From the IMG/VR virus record IMGVR_UViG_3300029309_000028, positions 1-61,398 of that record: a stretch of 61,398 nucleotides of DNA. One strand, 5' to 3'. Each line of letters opens with the position of its first letter. Position 1 is the first letter of the stretch. Positions 10,515 through 20,327 of the stretch are shown here, in pieces. This DNA comes from a virus. Lineage: Duplodnaviria > Caudoviricetes. The translations under genes and the position numbers were made by a program. The notes under the pieces are model-generated. The model was not told the DNA's origin. It saw only the letters and a list, made by a program, of their open reading frames with translations, and ran no database searches.

Positions 10515-11729
10515 ATGGCAATAGATTTTTTTGAAATAGGTAGAAGTGGTGCTAGTCGCACAAGAAAAATAGATTATTCTAAAGCGCTTGATCCACTTGC
10601 TAAAAAAATAGAAACAAGAGTAAAAGAGAGTAAAGCTAAAACAGAAGCTTTAATAAACTCTATGCCACAAGGTGTTGCTATTGATAAAGTACCAGAAGAA
10701 CTAAGAGGTCAAGTAACTGATTTTTTAGCTAAAAATAAAAAAGAGTACGTAGATGCTAGTAGAGTTATAGCTTCAGGTATAAGACCTACTGATCAAAGAT
10801 ATATAGATGCTATGTCTACTATTAACGGTGTAAATAATAAATTTCAAAACTTAAGTAATCAATTAGAAGATATAGCTTTAAAGAGACAAGCTGCTTTGGA
10901 CGGTAGAGATCACTCAAAAGGAGCTTTTGATTGGGAAATAAGTGATCATGAAGGTTTAGCAAATGGTAGTATGTATGCTAGTTTTTCATTACAAGATGAT
11001 GGTAGTTTTAACTACTTGTCAAACGATAGTAAAACTAAAAAGTGGAGTGATTATTCTAATACTTTTCAAACAAGCAGTGTTGGTCAAGAAGGTTTTGATG
11101 TTATTTTACAAAGAGCTAAACAAGATGGTAGATATGGTATAACTTACAACAAAAATACTTACAAAGGTTTATTTAAAAAATTAAGAGCAGATTTAAAAAC
11201 AGATGCTGGTAGAGACTTTTTATTTTCTGATGAAATATTTTTAGAAGAACAAACAGGTGAGAAGTTTGGTACACCAGAATACGAAAAAGCTGTAAGCGCT
11301 CTTCGTAATAAAGGTAACTTTGAAAATTTAATGAACGCTTACGAAAAACATGCTCTTAAAGAAATATTAAAAGTACATAAATCTGCTATTGACGCTTATG
11401 ATGATAGACAGGAAACGCGAAGTGGAAGTGGAAGTGGAAAAACTGAAAATAATCAAGCTTCAATTGAAGCTGCAAGAAGAGGTGATAAAATAATTAAAGT
11501 AGATAATTTTAACGTTGCTGTACAACAAAAAGATGGTTATACATATAAAATAGTTAAAAATAACGAAGCTTCTTTAAATTTAGATGATTATACTATTTCT
11601 TACAGTCAAGATGAATTAATCAAATTTTTTGGTGGTAAAATGGATTCTGATATGAGAAGATTTAAAAAATTAGAAGATACTTTAAATAAACAAGAAACTA
11701 AAGAAAAAGAGCTACCTGCAGGTGGTTAA
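10515..11729 (+). CDS. Internal virion/ejection protein (probable start MAIDFF at 10515)
   Basis: Helical, charged 404-aa ORF between ejection-type genes. Confidence 0.5.
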   Translation: MAIDFFEIGRSGASRTRKIDYSKALDPLAKKIETRVKESKAKTEALINSMPQGVAIDKVPEELRGQVTDFLAKNKKEYVDASRVIASGIRPTDQRYIDAMSTINGVNNKFQNLSNQLEDIALKRQAALDGRDHSKGAFDWEISDHEGLANGSMYASFSLQDDGSFNYLSNDSKTKKWSDYSNTFQTSSVGQEGFDVILQRAKQDGRYGITYNKNTYKGLFKKLRADLKTDAGRDFLFSDEIFLEEQTGEKFGTPEYEKAVSALRNKGNFENLMNAYEKHALKEILKVHKSAIDAYDDRQETRSGSGSGKTENNQASIEAARRGDKIIKVDNFNVAVQQKDGYTYKIVKNNEASLNLDDYTISYSQDELIKFFGGKMDSDMRRFKKLEDTLNKQETKEKELPAGG

Positions 11730-11739
11730 TAAATATAAT

Positions 11740-14700
11740 ATGTTTGAATTACAAGGCGATACATATACTTTAAAGGAGCTTGAAGACTTTGCTTCTCAAC
11801 AAAATTTAGACTTTGATAGTTTCATGTCTGATATGAAAACTAAAGGTTTAGTAGATAAAAGAGAGAAAGAAGATACAAAACAAGCTTTACCTTTTGGCGC
11901 TAAAGTAGCTGTAACAACTGGAAAAGCTTTTGAAACTGGCGTTGATGTTGCTACTGGTTTATCTAAAATAGTAAAAGATTTAATAACTGATGAAGAAGAA
12001 AGAGAAGAAACAAAACAAGCTTTAAAAAACCAATTTGATAACGTTCCTATTAAATTACGTAATACTTTTTTTAATCAAATACCTGCTGCTGTTGTTGATT
12101 TAACAACAAGAGATCTTACAGGTATGCAAAAACCAGAAGTTAGAGAAAAAGCTAGTGAGTTTTTAAAAAATAAGTATAAAGAAATAGATGTTGTAAATAA
12201 ATATTTAATAAAAGATACTGGTGAAGGTATTGTTAAAGGTATAAAGCAAGGTGATGCTTCAGATTTTGTAAGCGGTTTAGTTGGCGCTAACTTACAAATG
12301 GTAGAAACAGTAGTACCAGCTATGTTAACTGGAGGCGCTAGTTTACCTTTTCAAGTGATAGCGCCTATGTATACTGATTATAACATAACTAAAGCTGAAA
12401 ATTTATATGGTAAAAATGATCCTGAAGCTTTAAATAAGTTAATTAGCTCTGGTGAAACAGAAGTTGCAACGCCTTTAGCTTTAGGTCTTATTGCTACTGG
12501 TTTTGAATACATAGGGTTTAAAGGTATAACTAAATACATGCTAGGTAATCAAGCCGCTAGTAAAATGGCTTCAAATTTATTTTTTACAAATAACAGAGAA
12601 GGTGTAACTGAATTATTACAAAATGGTGTAGAAAGTATAAGCACGGCTAAAGCTCAAGGAAAAAGTGATGAAGATGCTATGCAAGAATTTTTTAAAGGTA
12701 TATTTAGCGAAGAAGGTTTAGAGTCATATTTAAATGGTTTTGTTGGAAGCGTTGGTATAAGTACAGCTGGTAGAGCTGTAAATAGAGCTTTAAGAACTGA
12801 TAAAGCTAGCGTGAAAGAAATAAATGAACAAATAAGTAATTTAGCTGAATTAAATTTAGCTAAAAACTCTACTAGAGATGCAGAAGTTAAAGAAGCTTTA
12901 GAACAAGAAATAGAACAAAAAGAACAAGATTTTAAAAAATATATAACTGATAAAAGAAAAGTATCAGAGCTTTTAAACAATGAGCAAAAAATAAATTTAG
13001 TAAATTTTGTTAAACAAAAAGACAATATTAGATCAAAAGCTGAGTCTTTAAAAAATAAATTAGAAAATAATCAGATTACTACAAAAGATTTTGGTTATGC
13101 TATAAGAAGTTTAAATAATCAAAGCAATAGAATAACTGAACAGATTGAGCTTATTAATGAAACAGCAAAAAAACAAACAGCTGTAAAAGCTGCTGAAGAC
13201 GTAAGTCAAATTATAAAAGAAACTGGTTTAGAAGGTGAAGTTACAGAATTATCTTCTGAAGAAATATCTAACTTAGACATAGAACAAGCAAAAGAAGCAT
13301 CTAAACAATTTGGTTTTATAGCTCAAAGAAAAGACGGTAGTTTTAATATAATTTTAAACGAAGATAAACCATCTCTTGGCACAGCTGCTCACGAATTAAT
13401 GCATGCTATATTATATAAAACTATAGGTGGTAATCAAGAACTACAAGACTCTATAGGTAGCGCTTTAACAAGTTTTGTTAATGACAAAAAAGGTGGCGTA
13501 AGCCAAGCTTTTATAAACCGTATGAAACCTTACATTAATGATAAAAACTTTGGAGAAGAAGTTATTACTGTTATGTCAGAGTCTATGCTTGATGGTAGTT
13601 TAAACTTTAACGAAAATTTATTTACAAAACTACGAGACTCTTTTAGAAGATTTTATCAAAAAATTACAAACAAAGACGTAGAGTTTAATACAGGTAGAGA
13701 TGTTTATAATTTTATAAAAGATTATAATAAAAGTATTAAAGAAGGTAAATTAAGTCCTAGAATATTAAAAGCTGCTACTGAAGGTGTTAAAGGTAAATTA
13801 GTTAAAGGTAAAGTTAAACCTGAAGATACCGTACAAATGTCTAAAGAAGCTTCTGATAATGTTCAAAGATTATATGATACTAAAGAAGCTAATTTTGAAG
13901 CTAAAATTATAAATGAGTTTAAGCCAATAGTAAGTCGTATAGTTGAAAGACGTAGTCAAGCACCTAACTTTGATAGAGAGTTATTAACTAGTGAAATAGA
14001 AATAGGTGAAAGAGGTGTATTAGATTTAATTAGAGATTATAAACCAGATTCAGGTGTACCTTTAGCTGCTTATATAAATAAGTTTTTACCAGCAAGAGCC
14101 ATAGAAGCTTCTAGACGTGTTTTAGGTGAAGAATTTACAGAAGACGTAACAGAGGCAAGAGGTGTTGAAGCTAGAGAAGAAACCGTTGAAGTTGAAACAA
14201 AACCAAAACCTAAAAAAATAGTTTTAGCTGATAGATTAAATGTTAAAAGTAAAGTTGATAAAGCTATAAAAGAACAATTACCAAAGCTAGACGTTAAAGA
14301 ATTAACGTTTAAAAAATTAAAAAACTTAGTACCTGATATTACTGGCGAAATGTTTGGTATAAGCTCTAGAAAATTAAAAACTTTAGCAAACATAACTAAA
14401 AAAGAGCTACAAGCTGCGCAAATGTTTATTAATAAAAATGCTGATTTGTTAATAGCAATGTTACCAGAAGGCTCTACAGTAAGTGGTACATCTACAGGTG
14501 TACCTAACACTTTATTAAAAGCTTTTTACACAAAAACAGATAGAGCTAAAATGGCTAAAACAGGTAGTACCTCTGGTTTAGCGATTCAAGTAAAAAATAA
14601 AATAAATAAAAAAGAGTTTTTAGAAGTTTTTGGTATTATTGATGGTAAACCACAACGTGATGATAGAAACACATCTGCTAGAGTGTTAGCGTTAGCTAAT

Positions 14701-17700
14701 TTAACTGGTAAAATGATGACTAATCAAACTGTGAGAGAAAATTTAGAGTTATTAGGTAATAGTGAGCAAACTATAAAAAACATTAGAGAAGGCGCTTCTA
14801 GTGTTATGTTTAATAAAGAAGCTGTTTTAGATATAGACTTAAATTTACCTGAATTAAATTTAAATGATCCTAAAAATAGTTTTGAAAATATTGATATATT
14901 TGTAGATAAAATAGCTTTACTCGCTACTTATGGTAAGCTTGGTATAATTAGAGCTGTTGATTTACGGTCTACAATTACTAATAGCGCTGCAAAAGAGTAT
15001 GTAAGAACAAATACTATATTTGAAGATTTAGGTTTATTTACAATTGATGGTAAAATACAAGGTAAAGAAGTAGATATAAAGTTTCAAAGACCTGATCAAA
15101 AAACAGTTTTAGGTAAAAACGTAAAAGAGATAACTAAAAAACAAGCTAGAGATTATAATAAAAACGGAAAAGCTAATTTTAATGATATGGTAAATATGAT
15201 TAAAAAAGCTATAGAAGCAAATCCTGATGATAAAATACTTCAAGCTGCTATAAAAAAATACTTACAAGCCGCGACTTACGACACGTCACACCCTTTAAGA
15301 CAAGGTGCTGAGTATATTGGAGGCGATGTTACTGCTACTGGCGAGATAAGATACGAGCATGCTGTTCAAGCTGCTACAGTAAGAGATTTATTACTAGATG
15401 TTTTAATAAATAGGCCAAAAGAGTTTAATAAAACAATGAAGGCTATACAAAAAAACTATAAACTAATAGCTTTATCTAAAAAAAATGATGATGCTTTAAA
15501 CTCTTCTAGTTATATAAACGAAAAAGGTGAAATAGTGTTTTACAGTAACGGTATGGGTGTTGGTTGGGATATTTTTATTGATAATTGGTTTGATAGATAT
15601 TTTAACACAGATGTTAATGTTATAGATCCTAATAATCTTAGATTAATTAAAAACGGTAAAACTTTTGCTCAAGAGTATGGTGTTACTATGTCTGGTAAAA
15701 TACCTGCTTTAAACAGTAGCGTTGCAAATGTAAAAATAATTGATAAAGCTATAAATAAAGGTAGATTACTTAGTTTTTCAAAAACACCAAAAGGTATTAG
15801 TATATTAGACTTTGATGATACACTAGCAACTACAGAGTCTTTAGTAAAGTATATAGCTCCAGATGGTAATACAGGTACTTTAAATGCAGAGCAATATGCT
15901 AGTACTTATGAAGATTTATTAGATCAAGGTTTTACTTTTGATTTTTCAGATTTTAATAGAGTTGTAAAAGGTAAATTAGCACCTCTGTTTAATAAAGCTT
16001 TAAAACTACAAAGCAAGTTTGGTCCAGAAAATATGTTTGTGTTAACAGCTAGACCACCTGCAGCGCAAAAACCTATATTTGACTTTTTAAAAGCAAACGG
16101 TTTAAATATACCTTTAAAAAATATAACTGGCTTAGGTAATAGTACTAGTGAAGCAAAAGCCTTATGGATAGCTGATAAAGTTGGTGAAGGTTATAATGAT
16201 TTTTATTTTGCTGATGATGCTTTACAAAACGTGCAGGCTGTAGATAACATGTTAGAGCAATTTGATGTTAAACGTAAAGTGCAGCAAGCTAAGTTACAGT
16301 TTAGTAAAGATTTAGACGGTGAGTTTAACAGTATAATAGAAGATGTAAAAGGTATAAAAGCTGAAAAAAGATATTCACAAGCTAAAGCTAGAAAACGTGG
16401 TGAAGGTAAAGGTAGATTTAGATTTTTTGTACCACCATCACATGAGGATCTTGTAGGTTTGTTGTATAACTTTATAGGTAAAGGCGCAAAAGGTAACAAG
16501 CATAGAGACTTTTTTGAAAAAGCTATAGTAAAACCATTAAACAGAGCTTATAACGAATTAAATATAGCTAAACAGTCTATAGCAAACGATTATAAAGCTT
16601 TAATAAAAGCTTTTCCAGATATAAGAAAAAAATTAACAAAGAAAACTCCTGACGGTGATTATTATTATTCTGATGCTGTAAGAGTTTATTTGTGGAATAA
16701 ATCAGGTTTTGATATACCTGGTATGTCAAAAACAGATGTACAAGAGTTAGTTGATTTAGTAACTAGTGATGGTGAATTACAAGCTTTTGCAGATAACATA
16801 GGTGTAATATCAAAACAAGAACAAGGTTATGTTGAACCTAGCGAGGAGTGGCAAGCTGGTGATATAAGAACTGATTTAGCAGATGCTACAGGTAGAGTTG
16901 GTAGAAAAAAGTTTTTTGCTGAGTTTATAGAAAATGCAGATGTAATATTTAATAAAGAAAATTTAAATAAAATAGAAGCTGCTTATGGTATTGATTTTAG
17001 AGAAGCTTTAGAAGATGTTTTATATAGAACTAAAACAGGTACAAATAGAACTGTAGGTCAAAATAAAATTGTTAATAGATTTTTAGATTATTTAAACGGA
17101 TCTATAGGTGCTACAATGTTTTTTAACGCAAGATCAGCTGTATTACAGACTATATCTACAGTTAACTTTATAAACTTTGGTGATAATAATATATTTGCAG
17201 CATCAAGAGCTTTTGCTAATCAAAAACAATTTTGGTCTGACTTTTCAATGTTGTTTAACTCTGACATGTTAAAACAAAGAAGAGCTGGAGTTGCTTTTGA
17301 TGTTAACGCAAATGAAATAGCTAACGCTGTTAGTAAATCAAAACAACCAGTTAGAGCTGCTATAAGATATTTATTACAAATAGGTTTTTTACCTACGCAG
17401 TTAGCTGATAGTTTTGCAATATCACTCGGTGGTGCTAGCATGTACAGAAATAGAGTTAACACTTATTTAAAACAAGGTTTAGAACAAAAAGAAGCAGAAA
17501 CAAAAGCGTTTAATGACTTTCAAGAAATATCTGAAAGCACACAGCAGTCAGCTAGACCTGATAAAATATCACAACAACAAGCTTCACCGCTTGGTCGTAT
17601 GATATTAGCTTTTCAAAACACACCATCACAGTATGTTAGATTAATGAAAAAAGCTGGTTTAGATTTAATTAATAGAAGAAAAACACCACCTTACGCTAAT

Positions 17701-18375
17701 CAAGCTAAAAGCGATATGTCAAATATATCTAAAATAATATATTATGGCGCTATACAAAATATTATATTTTACGGTTTACAATCAGCAATGTTCGCAATGT
17801 TATTTGACGATGATGAAAAAGATGAAGAGTTTTTTGAAAAGAAAAGAGATAGAATACTTAACGGTAGTTTAGATACTATATTAAGAGGTATGGGTGTTGG
17901 TGGTGCTGTTATATCAACTATAAAAAATACAGCTATAAAATACGCTGAAAATCAAAAGAAAGACTGGGGTAAAGAAGATAATGTTGTTATGATGGAAATG
18001 TTACAATTATCACCACCTATAGGTATTAAAGCTAGAAAACTAAGTAGTGCACAAAAAACTATGGATTTTAATAAAAAAGTAATTGAAGAAATGGACACGT
18101 TTGATATTGATAATCCAGTTTACAGCGCTATAGGTAATTTAATTGAAGCAACTACAAACATACCACTTGCTAGATTACATCGTAAAACAATGAATTTACG
18201 TGAAGCTGCTAACGCTGAAAATGAGTGGTGGCAAAGATTATCTATGGCACTTGGTTGGAGCCGTTGGGATGTTGGTGTAGAAAACAAAGAAGTTGAAGCT
18301 GTTAAAAAAGAAATAAAACAAAGAAACAAAACAAGAGGAAAAGCTAAAAGAAAAGCAACAAGAACAACTAGATAA
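11740..18375 (+). CDS. Giant multidomain (polyvalent) virion ejection protein: zincin HExxH peptidase, sigma70 region-2-like domain, possible His-Me nuclease-like domain, HAD phosphatase, helical C-terminus
   Basis: HELMH at 13390-13404; sigma-like segment at 13906-14118; DFDDT...LTAR...FADD HAD motifs at 15808-16218; ATG at 11740 is more plausible than GTG at 11722. Confidence 0.7.
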   Translation: MFELQGDTYTLKELEDFASQQNLDFDSFMSDMKTKGLVDKREKEDTKQALPFGAKVAVTTGKAFETGVDVATGLSKIVKDLITDEEEREETKQALKNQFDNVPIKLRNTFFNQIPAAVVDLTTRDLTGMQKPEVREKASEFLKNKYKEIDVVNKYLIKDTGEGIVKGIKQGDASDFVSGLVGANLQMVETVVPAMLTGGASLPFQVIAPMYTDYNITKAENLYGKNDPEALNKLISSGETEVATPLALGLIATGFEYIGFKGITKYMLGNQAASKMASNLFFTNNREGVTELLQNGVESISTAKAQGKSDEDAMQEFFKGIFSEEGLESYLNGFVGSVGISTAGRAVNRALRTDKASVKEINEQISNLAELNLAKNSTRDAEVKEALEQEIEQKEQDFKKYITDKRKVSELLNNEQKINLVNFVKQKDNIRSKAESLKNKLENNQITTKDFGYAIRSLNNQSNRITEQIELINETAKKQTAVKAAEDVSQIIKETGLEGEVTELSSEEISNLDIEQAKEASKQFGFIAQRKDGSFNIILNEDKPSLGTAAHELMHAILYKTIGGNQELQDSIGSALTSFVNDKKGGVSQAFINRMKPYINDKNFGEEVITVMSESMLDGSLNFNENLFTKLRDSFRRFYQKITNKDVEFNTGRDVYNFIKDYNKSIKEGKLSPRILKAATEGVKGKLVKGKVKPEDTVQMSKEASDNVQRLYDTKEANFEAKIINEFKPIVSRIVERRSQAPNFDRELLTSEIEIGERGVLDLIRDYKPDSGVPLAAYINKFLPARAIEASRRVLGEEFTEDVTEARGVEAREETVEVETKPKPKKIVLADRLNVKSKVDKAIKEQLPKLDVKELTFKKLKNLVPDITGEMFGISSRKLKTLANITKKELQAAQMFINKNADLLIAMLPEGSTVSGTSTGVPNTLLKAFYTKTDRAKMAKTGSTSGLAIQVKNKINKKEFLEVFGIIDGKPQRDDRNTSARVLALANLTGKMMTNQTVRENLELLGNSEQTIKNIREGASSVMFNKEAVLDIDLNLPELNLNDPKNSFENIDIFVDKIALLATYGKLGIIRAVDLRSTITNSAAKEYVRTNTIFEDLGLFTIDGKIQGKEVDIKFQRPDQKTVLGKNVKEITKKQARDYNKNGKANFNDMVNMIKKAIEANPDDKILQAAIKKYLQAATYDTSHPLRQGAEYIGGDVTATGEIRYEHAVQAATVRDLLLDVLINRPKEFNKTMKAIQKNYKLIALSKKNDDALNSSSYINEKGEIVFYSNGMGVGWDIFIDNWFDRYFNTDVNVIDPNNLRLIKNGKTFAQEYGVTMSGKIPALNSSVANVKIIDKAINKGRLLSFSKTPKGISILDFDDTLATTESLVKYIAPDGNTGTLNAEQYASTYEDLLDQGFTFDFSDFNRVVKGKLAPLFNKALKLQSKFGPENMFVLTARPPAAQKPIFDFLKANGLNIPLKNITGLGNSTSEAKALWIADKVGEGYNDFYFADDALQNVQAVDNMLEQFDVKRKVQQAKLQFSKDLDGEFNSIIEDVKGIKAEKRYSQAKARKRGEGKGRFRFFVPPSHEDLVGLLYNFIGKGAKGNKHRDFFEKAIVKPLNRAYNELNIAKQSIANDYKALIKAFPDIRKKLTKKTPDGDYYYSDAVRVYLWNKSGFDIPGMSKTDVQELVDLVTSDGELQAFADNIGVISKQEQGYVEPSEEWQAGDIRTDLADATGRVGRKKFFAEFIENADVIFNKENLNKIEAAYGIDFREALEDVLYRTKTGTNRTVGQNKIVNRFLDYLNGSIGATMFFNARSAVLQTISTVNFINFGDNNIFAASRAFANQKQFWSDFSMLFNSDMLKQRRAGVAFDVNANEIANAVSKSKQPVRAAIRYLLQIGFLPTQLADSFAISLGGASMYRNRVNTYLKQGLEQKEAETKAFNDFQEISESTQQSARPDKISQQQASPLGRMILAFQNTPSQYVRLMKKAGLDLINRRKTPPYANQAKSDMSNISKIIYYGAIQNIIFYGLQSAMFAMLFDDDEKDEEFFEKKRDRILNGSLDTILRGMGVGGAVISTIKNTAIKYAENQKKDWGKEDNVVMMEMLQLSPPIGIKARKLSSAQKTMDFNKKVIEEMDTFDIDNPVYSAIGNLIEATTNIPLARLHRKTMNLREAANAENEWWQRLSMALGWSRWDVGVENKEVEAVKKEIKQRNKTRGKAKRKATRTTR

Positions 18376-18947
18376 TGAAAAGATTTTTGTTGTGCATAAT
18401 CTTGCTTACAACTTGTGAAAAAATTGATGATGACGGTTTTAGAGTATTTAAAATAAATAAAGGCGAGCACAGGTCAGGTACATACTTACATAATGACGCG
18501 CCTTATAAAATAAACTTTTCAGTTAAAGTTACAGAGTCAATGATATATGATTTTGGCGGTAATACTAAAGATCAATACGATGTAAATAAAATATACGGTT
18601 TTAGTGATTTTGGCCAAATACACCAAGAAGCTTCTATAAGACTTGGTTGGTCATACTACACTAAAGGTGAAAGAGCTGGTGAGTTATGGTTCAGATGGAT
18701 AAAACATGCTTGGGGCCAACATAAAGCAGGTGACCTAATAGAAGTTGAAGTTGATGAAATATATAATGTTACAATAGAACAAAGGTTAATACATTATATT
18801 TTTACTATAAACGATCAAGAATTTATTATTGACAGAGATATAGAGCAAAACAGAAGATTAGATTATATAGATAGATATTATTTATACCCATATTTCGGTG
18901 GTCAAAAAACAGCGCCACACGATATAAAAATTAAAATAAAAGAATGA
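18375..18947 (+). CDS. Putative lipoprotein, beta-sandwich
   Basis: MKRFLLCIILLTTC lipobox-like signal. Confidence 0.55.
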   Translation: MKRFLLCIILLTTCEKIDDDGFRVFKINKGEHRSGTYLHNDAPYKINFSVKVTESMIYDFGGNTKDQYDVNKIYGFSDFGQIHQEASIRLGWSYYTKGERAGELWFRWIKHAWGQHKAGDLIEVEVDEIYNVTIEQRLIHYIFTINDQEFIIDRDIEQNRRLDYIDRYYLYPYFGGQKTAPHDIKIKIKE

Positions 18948-20026
18948 AAAAACTTATTATATTACTTTTAATAACTTTAGTTTCTTGTGCAGCGCCAAAA
19001 AGTTGTTGTGGTCAAGACTTACAGTCACTTTTAAAGTTTTCTACATTTTACGCAGCGGTAAACGGTGGTACGTCGCTATCAGATGTTGATGTGTTTTCTA
19101 TAGATAATGGTTTGTCAACTAGTACAATATCTACACCGTACGATTACAACTTAACGGTTGGGCTTCGTAAAATAGCTAGGTTTGGCTATGAGAACAAAGC
19201 ACAAACGTTTTACGATGGTACAGAGTCAAACTATAGTGACGCTGCTACAGTTGGTAAAGTTAGAGGTTTAGAGTATTTAATTGAGATAGACTACAAAAGA
19301 CAAGAAGGTGTAGACTATACAGATCAACATCATTTTGTACGTTGGAGCTCTGACGATGGTTGTGATAGTGAAGTTTGTATAAACTTCTTTGCTTTAAAGC
19401 TAGAGTATTTACAAGATGGTTTTGCTGATGTACAATATTTTGAAGCATCTGAAAGATATAGGTATAGAAAACATAAAAACTTATCTTGGAATATTGGTTT
19501 AGCTCATAGGTTAGCTGAGCCATACGGTTATAACCCGTTAGACGAGTGGATGTTATCAAATGGTAATTTACATTACACGTATTTAGCTTTACAAGAAGGT
19601 TACAATGTAGACGTGGCTAATTCAGTGTATACAGATCCAAATGGTGAAGTTGTAGCTACAAGCGCAGAAGTATGGGAAGCTATAGTGATACCACAAGTGT
19701 TATCTGATTATACAGAGAAAAAACGAAACGAGCTTGATAGAATAATACAACACTCTATTGTAGTTGGTTTTGATTACTATAAGTATAGTAAAAAAACCTG
19801 GTTACACGCTTGGGGTAATTTAATGCCGTATCATTACGATAGCGGTAATGAGTTCTCATATCACAACTTTAACGACGGCGAGCAATGGTATGATTATAGC
19901 GGTGGACTAATATATGGTATAAAAGTAAACAAAAGCTTAGGTTATTTCTTTGAAGGTAAATACAATAAGTATTGGAATAGAGAGTGGTATGACTTTAAGT
20001 TTGGCGTAAACTATGTAATATTTTAA
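18944..20026 (+). CDS. Exported, probable outer-membrane beta-barrel protein
   Basis: Signal/lipobox LVSC; aromatic alternating strands; C-terminal FKFGVNYVIF resembles a BAM beta-signal. Confidence 0.55.
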   Translation: MKKLIILLLITLVSCAAPKSCCGQDLQSLLKFSTFYAAVNGGTSLSDVDVFSIDNGLSTSTISTPYDYNLTVGLRKIARFGYENKAQTFYDGTESNYSDAATVGKVRGLEYLIEIDYKRQEGVDYTDQHHFVRWSSDDGCDSEVCINFFALKLEYLQDGFADVQYFEASERYRYRKHKNLSWNIGLAHRLAEPYGYNPLDEWMLSNGNLHYTYLALQEGYNVDVANSVYTDPNGEVVATSAEVWEAIVIPQVLSDYTEKKRNELDRIIQHSIVVGFDYYKYSKKTWLHAWGNLMPYHYDSGNEFSYHNFNDGEQWYDYSGGLIYGIKVNKSLGYFFEGKYNKYWNREWYDFKFGVNYVIF

Positions 20027-20045
20027 CTTATAACTACTCACTAAA

Positions 20046-20327
20046 ATGGCAAAAGAATTAAATGAAGATACTAGCTTTAAAGTAAGCGTAAAAACATTAG
20101 TAGCAATAGGTGCTGGTTTATCAGCTTTAATAGGTATGTGGTTTACACTACAAGCCGATATTGCAGAAGCGAAAGAACTACCAATATCAGCTCCAGAAGT
20201 TACACGTATGGAGTTTGATATGAAAGATCAATTAGTTAGACAAACAATTATGTCTACACAAGAAGACGTTGCAGAGATAAAAGAAGATATAAAACGTATT
20301 GAAGAAAAAATAGATAAACTAAGATGA
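20046..20327 (+). CDS. Single-pass membrane protein with coiled coil
   Basis: One hydrophobic segment followed by heptad repeats. Confidence 0.55.
   Translation: MAKELNEDTSFKVSVKTLVAIGAGLSALIGMWFTLQADIAEAKELPISAPEVTRMEFDMKDQLVRQTIMSTQEDVAEIKEDIKRIEEKIDKLR

Noticed and set aside
11740-18375. Virion RNA polymerase as in crAss-like phages
   Set aside because: No DxDxD double-psi-barrel motif or T7-type motifs seen; DFDDT belongs to a HAD motif I with matching motifs II-IV
1111-18470. Several 80-146 aa minus-strand ORFs within structural genes
   Set aside because: Fully antisense to well-supported long CDSs, with mirror-codon composition
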